A DNA stretch of 62,686 nt, the filler included, from Myxococcota bacterium (GTDB lineage Bacteria; Myxococcota_C; UBA6777), in NCBI GenBank assembly GCA_023150835.1. It is 7 parts of 7 records of this genome, joined end to end, with 100 filler letters (N's around TTAATTAATTAA, not from the genome) between each part and the next. Parts side by side here need not be neighbours in the genome. Positions count along the whole stretch, not along the records: positions 49,929 to 62,686 come from JAKLKB010000200.1; 6 more parts are not named here. The stretch is one strand, 5' to 3'. Both the position numbers and the translations under genes were made by a program. Below the pieces are notes generated by a model. That model had not been told where the DNA came from, did no database searches, and saw only the letters and a program-made list of their open reading frames with translations. Shown one piece after another: positions 56,545 through 62,686 of the stretch; positions within the stretch are counted from its first letter, which is position 1; each line of letters begins with the position of its first letter.

Positions 56545-59250
56545 ATGTCGAAGAAAAACAAGCCGGTCGAGCAGGGGGGGCGTGAAGCCTTACACGAGAG
56601 CGAAGGGATCAAGGGATTAAGCCGTCAGGAGGTCGCGCAGCGCGTTCTAGAAGGTCGAACCAACGCGGTGAAGCGTGAGACCTCTCGAACGTACCAAGGG
56701 ATCGCCCTCTCGAACTTGTTCAACGTCTTTAACTTGGTGGTGTTTTCGATCGCAGCGGTGTTGGTTGCGTTGTTCTTTGTGTTTGGTGACAAACGAACGC
56801 TGTACGATAGCCTTGCGATCGGGACTGTGGCGATCGTGAATTCCGTGATCTCGATGATCCAAGAGATCCGAGCGAAGATCGCCCTTGATAAGATCGTGGC
56901 GTTGTCGCGTTCGATGTCCTCGGTGGTTCGGGAGGGATCAGCGCAAGATATCGCGATGGATGATATCGTGGCAGGGGATGTGGTGTGGGTGAAGCGGGGC
57001 GATCAAGTCCCCGTCGATGGGGAGGTTCTGGCTTCGAGGCATTGTGAGGTGGACGAGTCGCTGTTGACGGGAGAGTCCGAGTACATCTTTAAAGAGGGCG
57101 GAGATGCGGTGCGTTCGGGTTCGTTTTGTGTGGCAGGGATGGCGCTGATCCGCGCAGAAAAAGTGGGGGTGGAAAGCTACATCCACAAACTTGCGCGTGA
57201 AGTGCGTTCGTACAAACGGTTTGTGTCGCCATTGCAGCGAAGCATCGACCGTTTGGTGCAGGTGATGATCGGTTTGGCAGTGATCTTGGGTGTGTTGGTG
57301 GTGGGGCGTGCGTTGGCCGACTTTTTGTTGAAGAGTGCGGCTGTTTTGCCTGCGAGCCTGCCGATGACGGCGGCGACAAGCGCATCGACGGCGGCTGCGG
57401 TGCAAGAGATCGCGATCGAGACGACCCGTTCGGTTGCTTCGATCGTGACATCAATGGTTCCGATCGGCTTGATCTTGTTGACAACGGTGGCCTTTGCGCT
57501 CGGTGTGTTTCGGATATCACAGCAAGGTGCGCTGATCCAAAAGCTGAATGCCGTCGAATCCTTCGCCCATATCGACACCTTATGCATGGACAAGACAGGT
57601 ACGCTGACAAAGAACGAGTTGCAACTGGCCGAAGTGACGCCGCTAGACGATGCGTTGGATGAGGCGACGATGCGTGTGTTGTTGGGAGCCTTTGCTCACG
57701 GGGCGACCGATCAAAATGCCACGCTGGTGGCGATCGCAAAGTCCCAAGAAGCCCCTGTGATGGAGATCTCCGAAGAAGTCCCCTTCAATTCCAAGGAAAA
57801 GTACAGCGGTTTGTGTGTGGAGATCCGCGACGCTTCGGATGCACAAGATCAGAGAGCCTCTGCGGAGGGGAAGAAAGAGTCTTCGGAAGAACCCAAGGAG
57901 CAGGTGTGGAAGGGCCGTCCATTGCGCTTGGTGATGGGGGCCTACGAGCGGCTGCGCCAAGGATTTACTGAAGAGGCGAAGCAGCGGGGCGATGCGCTGT
58001 TGGCGTCCAAACATGGGCTGCGCAATCTGGCCTTTGCGTGTGTAGATGGCGAAGCAGGAGATTTTCGTGAGATCGTGAAGGCGCGGCATGACGGGGCATT
58101 GCGGCTGCTGGGGATCTTTTCTTTGGTGGATGAGGTACGGCCCGATATCGGCGAGGTATTGGGGAGGTTTGCGGAGCGCGGGATTCGGTTGAAGATTATC
58201 TCGGGTGATGCGGCAGAAACAGTACAAGCGGTGGCGCGTGCTTCGGGTTGGCAGGAGTCGACGGAGCGTGTGGTGACAGGGCCTGAGTTGGATCAGATGA
58301 CGCCCGCACAGATCGGCGAAGTCGCAAAAGAACACTCGCTGTTTGCGCGGGTTTCGCCGCAAAACAAGAAGGCATTGATCAGCAGTTTGCAAGCGCAAAA
58401 GCGGTATGTGGCGATGGTGGGGGACGGTGTGAATGACGTGCTTGCGTTGAAGCAAGCGCAGTTGGGCGTGGCGATGGGCGATGGAAACCGTATGTCCAAG
58501 GATGTTTCGGATATCGTGCTGCTCAACAACGACTTTGCGATCATGCCGCAAGTGCTGGCTGAAGGCGAGACGATCATCGGAAACGTCCAATCTTCGGCGA
58601 AATTGTTTTTGACCAAGAATGTGTATGCTGCGATCTTGATCCTTGCGACGGGGTTTTTGGGCATGGCGTTTCCGTTTGTTCCGCGCCATGTGACGATCAT
58701 CGGCTTTTTTTCGATCAGCGTACCCGCGTTGTTGATCACGTTCAGCAAGCGGATGAGCGATCTGCCAGCGCACTTTTTACGAGACGTGCTGCGTTTTACC
58801 GCAACGTCAGGAGCGATGATCGCGGGTTCTGCGTTGGTTTCGTACTTCCTGTCTTTGGTGGTGTTTCGACAGCCTGTGGAAGTAGCGCGAGTGGCGTTGT
58901 TGACGCAGGTCGTGTTGCTGAGCTTGTTGAACTTTTTGATCATCATCGGACGTGAGCGGATGTGGGAGCTTGTACGCAAGAATTGGGAGTTGTCGAGCTT
59001 CGCTTTGGGATTTGCGGTGCTGTACTTTGTGCTGTTGTTTGTGGTGACAAAGGTTTCGTGGTTGTCGGGGCTGGCGTCGTTTTTGGAGCTTCATCCTTTG
59101 TCTTTGCGCGATATCGGCGTTGCCTTGGGGCTTTCGGTGGGCGTGGGGATGGCGATGATCTTGACGCATCAGCGGATCTTGCGCGATGAACGTGTGCGCG
59201 AAGAAGAAGAGCGCCAAGAAGCCGTTGAGGCGGCCAAGTGGACGGCTTAA
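56545..59250 (+). CDS. P-type ATPase (CtpE-like, HAD-IC family)
   Basis: DESLLTGES, DKTGT, ISGD, FARVSP, MVGDGVND; TM4 reads VPIGL; GGAGG RBS before ATG 56545. Confidence 0.93.
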   Translation: MSKKNKPVEQGGREALHESEGIKGLSRQEVAQRVLEGRTNAVKRETSRTYQGIALSNLFNVFNLVVFSIAAVLVALFFVFGDKRTLYDSLAIGTVAIVNSVISMIQEIRAKIALDKIVALSRSMSSVVREGSAQDIAMDDIVAGDVVWVKRGDQVPVDGEVLASRHCEVDESLLTGESEYIFKEGGDAVRSGSFCVAGMALIRAEKVGVESYIHKLAREVRSYKRFVSPLQRSIDRLVQVMIGLAVILGVLVVGRALADFLLKSAAVLPASLPMTAATSASTAAAVQEIAIETTRSVASIVTSMVPIGLILLTTVAFALGVFRISQQGALIQKLNAVESFAHIDTLCMDKTGTLTKNELQLAEVTPLDDALDEATMRVLLGAFAHGATDQNATLVAIAKSQEAPVMEISEEVPFNSKEKYSGLCVEIRDASDAQDQRASAEGKKESSEEPKEQVWKGRPLRLVMGAYERLRQGFTEEAKQRGDALLASKHGLRNLAFACVDGEAGDFREIVKARHDGALRLLGIFSLVDEVRPDIGEVLGRFAERGIRLKIISGDAAETVQAVARASGWQESTERVVTGPELDQMTPAQIGEVAKEHSLFARVSPQNKKALISSLQAQKRYVAMVGDGVNDVLALKQAQLGVAMGDGNRMSKDVSDIVLLNNDFAIMPQVLAEGETIIGNVQSSAKLFLTKNVYAAILILATGFLGMAFPFVPRHVTIIGFFSISVPALLITFSKRMSDLPAHFLRDVLRFTATSGAMIAGSALVSYFLSLVVFRQPVEVARVALLTQVVLLSLLNFLIIIGRERMWELVRKNWELSSFALGFAVLYFVLLFVVTKVSWLSGLASFLELHPLSLRDIGVALGLSVGVGMAMILTHQRILRDERVREEEERQEAVEAAKWTA

Positions 59251-59312
59251 AAACGTCCTCACTTGTCCCATCCAATCGAGCGATCAAGCAAGTCCAGTAG
59301 GAGCGGAAAGCG

Positions 59313-60059
59313 ATGTTGCGAAGGCCGAAACAAGAGCAGTTGGAAGCGTTGTTGGAAAATTGGCAAGAGGAGATGCAGAAGCTCGATGCAGAAAGCTTAG
59401 AGCGTCCGGCCTTTTCATCGAAGCGCGCCGAAGTGTTAACGGAAGCGTTGGTGCGGCAATTTGTGACGATCACACCGATCGCGGTCAAGAACTTTGATCG
59501 CCAACAATGGAAAGAGTACGGAGGTGTGTGGATCTCGATGCACGATCGACTGTGGTTGTTTGTGGCGGCAGAGCGGGCCTTTGTGGGGGCTTTGGGCGGG
59601 CAGGGAGAAGAATACTTGCGATTGATCGAGGAGGTGAGTGGGCGGATGCAAGGCTTGATGCCGTGGGCGCGTGTGCTTGCGCAAGTGGATGAGCAGATCG
59701 CCGAGACGCTTGCGGATCTGCAAAGGCCGCGAGACTTGCGCGATCCTGCCGATGAAGCGGTGCGTTTGGTGAGTTTACTGCGAGCCAACCAAGGCTTGCT
59801 TGGCGATGCGCTGCAATTGCCGGAGTCTGCGCTGTTGCCGCTCGATCAAGCAGCGGAAGCGTTGTTGCTGGTTTCCGAAGAAGCGTTGATGGAGCGCCTT
59901 TCTGCGCTTCAAGATACGATGTTTCGGGCGTATACGATCTGGACTCGTGCGTATCGCTTGCTTGCGGTGATGGGGCGCTTTTTGTTGCGCGAACAAGCCG
60001 ATGCAGCGGTGAAATTCCCTGATGCCCTGCCTGTACCGATCCTGCCCGTTGTTCCGTGA
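59313..60059 (+). CDS. All-alpha hypothetical protein
   Basis: AGGAG RBS; helical; C-terminal RAYT.W.RAY......GRFL motif. Confidence 0.7.
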   Translation: MLRRPKQEQLEALLENWQEEMQKLDAESLERPAFSSKRAEVLTEALVRQFVTITPIAVKNFDRQQWKEYGGVWISMHDRLWLFVAAERAFVGALGGQGEEYLRLIEEVSGRMQGLMPWARVLAQVDEQIAETLADLQRPRDLRDPADEAVRLVSLLRANQGLLGDALQLPESALLPLDQAAEALLLVSEEALMERLSALQDTMFRAYTIWTRAYRLLAVMGRFLLREQADAAVKFPDALPVPILPVVP

Positions 60060-60082
60060 AGTCCCTGAGATCTTCGGAAAGA

Positions 60083-62686
60083 TCAGGGGATCTCTTCGAG
60101 GATCTCGACATAACCGAGGTCACCGTTGACACGCACACGCTGGCCTGTTTTGATCAGCTTGGTGGCGTTTGGGACCGAGACGACCGCAGGGATACCGTAT
60201 TCGCGTGCGACCACTGAGCCATGCGTCATCAATCCACCCACCTCCATCACAAGGCCCGCTGCGTGGATAAATAACGGCGTCCACCCGGGATCGGTAAACG
60301 GAGCCACCAAGATCTCGCCGTGGTGAAGGCTGGATTCCGATGGATCGAGGATCACACGTGCGATCCCTTCGACGATTCCGGCACTTGCGCGACTACCCAC
60401 CAATGCTCCTGCCGGGAGATTTTCACGCCGAAGCTCTGCGATCACGATCTCTCCGTGTTGGGTGAGGATGCGTGGGGGCGATAGTTGCGTAAACCGCTCG
60501 TGTTCGGCTTTCCGTTGTTGGATGATCTTTTTCCAATCCGCTGGTGGGGTGGATGGGAGGGCGGGCTGAGAGGGATGTTGCGCGTGCTGCTGGACGATCT
60601 CTTGGATATCTTCGAGTGTGAGAAAGTCGATGTCTTTGGGATCGTCGAGCCATCCGCTGTGATGGAGTACTTTGGCTTCTTGGGAAAGAAGCTCGCGCAA
60701 AAGGCCCATCAAACGGATCAAACAGAACTTGGGATGTTCGCGGATGCCCATGAGATCGCGGTGAACGCGCACCCAACGCTTGGCCAACGGACCACGCCAC
60801 CAACCTCCCGACATCTGTCGAGCGTGGGCAATCAAGCGTTTTCCGGCTTCTTCGGCTTCTTGGATCAGTCTGTGGTGGCGCTGGCGGTGCTGGCCTGCGG
60901 CTTCGCTTTTGAGATTGCCTGCGATGGTTTGCAAGAGAGGGCTTGGATCCTCGGACCAACGCGGTCGTGTGATATCGATCTCGCAAGCCCCACGCATCCC
61001 ATAATCGCGCAGAAAAGCTGCGAGAGCCTCGCAAAAAGTCTCGCCGCCTTCGACCTGCTTGAGCGTTGAAAGCACCGATGCTTTGGGTTCTTGTTGAATC
61101 TTTTCGGAGACGGCAGGAAAGCGCCTTGCGATCTCCGCAAGATCCGCGACGTGCAGATCCATCTCGGTGGTGACGTTGCCTTCGTAGCCCCTTGTGAAGG
61201 CGATGATATCTGGATCGTGCGAATCTTTCTTGCACAAAGCCGCGACCAAGCGTTGCGAAAGGACGCCGCCCATCATCAGCGGCAAGAACTTTCGCGCAAG
61301 GTGTGTGCGGAAAATAGAACGAAGGATCTCCAACATCCGCCCGAAGCGAGCAGGGCCTTGCGCAAAAGAAGAAAGGTCGCGTTGAACATCGGCGATCAAT
61401 TGATGGAGTTCGTTGGTTTTGGTGGGGACGAGATCGCGGGTGTCCGACCACAAAAGCAACGACAGAGCGCGCAAAAAAGCGGGGCCGACGATGCGCAAAG
61501 GCCGAGACAGGGCGATCTTGTGCCCTGAGCGGGTTTGTTCGAGAAATTCTGGGCGTTGGACAAAAGCCTCTAAAGAGGCGGACATCCGTTCATCGGCGAG
61601 GGAGATCAGCTTGGGGAAGCGCGAGCGTAAGCGCGGATGGTTGAGCAGCGGCGTGAGGTCAAGGTACAGACGCCCTCCCGCAGAAACCAAAAAAGACGAT
61701 CCTTCGGGTGTAATCTTTGCCAAGCCAAAAGGCAAAATCCATCGAAGTACGGATCGACCGAGGGGACGGATGGCGTCGGTCATCATCTGAGGATGCCCAA
61801 AGCACATATAAGCGTGCGTTTGGGGATCGTTTGGCTGCGGAGAAAGCAGCGGGTAGAGCGAGGTGATCGGGCGACTTTGCACCACAAAGACCTGATCGTC
61901 TTGGATGCACCACTCGATATCTTGCGGCTGTCCGTAATGGGACTCGATGCGGGTTCCGATATCCGCAAGAGCCAAGATCTGATCATCCCGAAGAGAGGGG
62001 CTGTTGGCGATCTGCGGGTCCAAGATCTCCTCAAAGGTGCCGCCTTCGGGTTTGGGGCGGATCGCGACGTGTTTTTCGGCGATCTTTCGGGTCTTGATCT
62101 GCTGGTTGGTTTTGTCGACTTGAAAGAGATCGGCAGAGACGATGCCTGAAACAAGGGCTTCGCCCAACCCAAATCCCGCGTCGATGGAGAGCAGACGGCG
62201 ATCTTGGGATATCGGGTCGGCGGTGAAGAGGATGCCCGACACTTCGGGAAAGATCATCGCCTGAACCACCACAGCCAAGGAAACAGCGCGATGATCGAAG
62301 CCTTGTTCGGTACGGTACGCGATCGCTCGATCCGTAAACAACGAGGCCCAACAGGCCCGAACAGCCGTCAAAAGGGCCTCTTGCCCTCGGATGTTGAGGT
62401 AGGTGTCTTGTTGCCCTGCAAAAGAAGCGTTGGGCAGATCTTCGGCGGTCGCGCTCGAACGGACAGCATAGGCTTTTTCTTTGCCTTGCTCGTGCCAAGC
62501 CGCCACGACGGCCTCTTCGATGGATTTTGGAAAAGGTAGGGCCAACAGCTTTTGTCGGATCAAAGCGCCCGCTTCTCGGAGGGCTTCGGTGTCTGCGCAA
62601 TCAAGGCGTTGCAGCGAGCCAAAGAGAGCTTCTTGTTCGTGGGTCTCCATCTGCGACAACCAAAGGCGAAAGGCATGGGTGGTCAC
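60083..62686 (-). CDS. rph: Rifampin phosphotransferase-like PEP-utilizing enzyme, 5'-truncated by the window edge
   Basis: ATP-grasp AVRSSATAED...SFAGQQDT and QSRPIT; central GH.QMMTDA, YGMR...EIDITRPRW, G.RE.PK; C-terminal His domain THGSVVAREYGIPAV. Confidence 0.8.
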   Translation of the reverse strand: MTTHAFRLWLSQMETHEQEALFGSLQRLDCADTEALREAGALIRQKLLALPFPKSIEEAVVAAWHEQGKEKAYAVRSSATAEDLPNASFAGQQDTYLNIRGQEALLTAVRACWASLFTDRAIAYRTEQGFDHRAVSLAVVVQAMIFPEVSGILFTADPISQDRRLLSIDAGFGLGEALVSGIVSADLFQVDKTNQQIKTRKIAEKHVAIRPKPEGGTFEEILDPQIANSPSLRDDQILALADIGTRIESHYGQPQDIEWCIQDDQVFVVQSRPITSLYPLLSPQPNDPQTHAYMCFGHPQMMTDAIRPLGRSVLRWILPFGLAKITPEGSSFLVSAGGRLYLDLTPLLNHPRLRSRFPKLISLADERMSASLEAFVQRPEFLEQTRSGHKIALSRPLRIVGPAFLRALSLLLWSDTRDLVPTKTNELHQLIADVQRDLSSFAQGPARFGRMLEILRSIFRTHLARKFLPLMMGGVLSQRLVAALCKKDSHDPDIIAFTRGYEGNVTTEMDLHVADLAEIARRFPAVSEKIQQEPKASVLSTLKQVEGGETFCEALAAFLRDYGMRGACEIDITRPRWSEDPSPLLQTIAGNLKSEAAGQHRQRHHRLIQEAEEAGKRLIAHARQMSGGWWRGPLAKRWVRVHRDLMGIREHPKFCLIRLMGLLRELLSQEAKVLHHSGWLDDPKDIDFLTLEDIQEIVQQHAQHPSQPALPSTPPADWKKIIQQRKAEHERFTQLSPPRILTQHGEIVIAELRRENLPAGALVGSRASAGIVEGIARVILDPSESSLHHGEILVAPFTDPGWTPLFIHAAGLVMEVGGLMTHGSVVAREYGIPAVVSVPNATKLIKTGQRVRVNGDLGYVEILEEIP

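Overview
This is a draft genome or MAG of a Myxococcota-like deltaproteobacterium, inferred from FHA/PEGA/AgmX-C-terminal domains, MopE-type Cys-rich lipoproteins and PrkA. The window is not continuous DNA. Six 100-nt N-TTAATTAATTAA-N linkers (7947, 15875, 27590, 35083, 42477, 49829) join separate contigs, so adjacency across them has no biological meaning; there is also one 35-N gap at 55492. Recognisable housekeeping genes are a HEAT-cyclophilin, cystathionine beta-synthase, cystathionine gamma-lyase/synthase, queG, an RND permease, PrkA, pdxJ, pbpC, CobW-like plus Fur/Zur, trxC, a P-type ATPase and a rifampin-phosphotransferase-like enzyme. There are also many secreted Cys-rich or repeat proteins and dense REP/MITE-type intergenic repeats. 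The best candidate for a new system lies at 24.0-27.2 kb. Two co-oriented Rpn-like PD-(D/E)XK genes each carry an identical internal Shine-Dalgarno + in-frame ATG, predicting an intragenic antitoxin. They bracket an all-helical hypothetical gene that is followed by a 12-unit 32-bp array alternating between two mutually complementary 15-nt inserts. Other notable items are tandem ExbB-like/ExbD-like fusion paralogs, an NLR-like STAND NTPase with a degenerate DUF4062-like N-terminus plus an Imm5-like partner, a 5'-nucleotidase fused to a probable beta-barrel, a P-type ATPase with PIGL in place of PEGL, further 32/42-bp arrays, and a MITE that begins on TAA stop codons. No rRNA, tRNA, CRISPR array or transposase was recognised. 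All family assignments come from motif recognition by eye, not from database searches.
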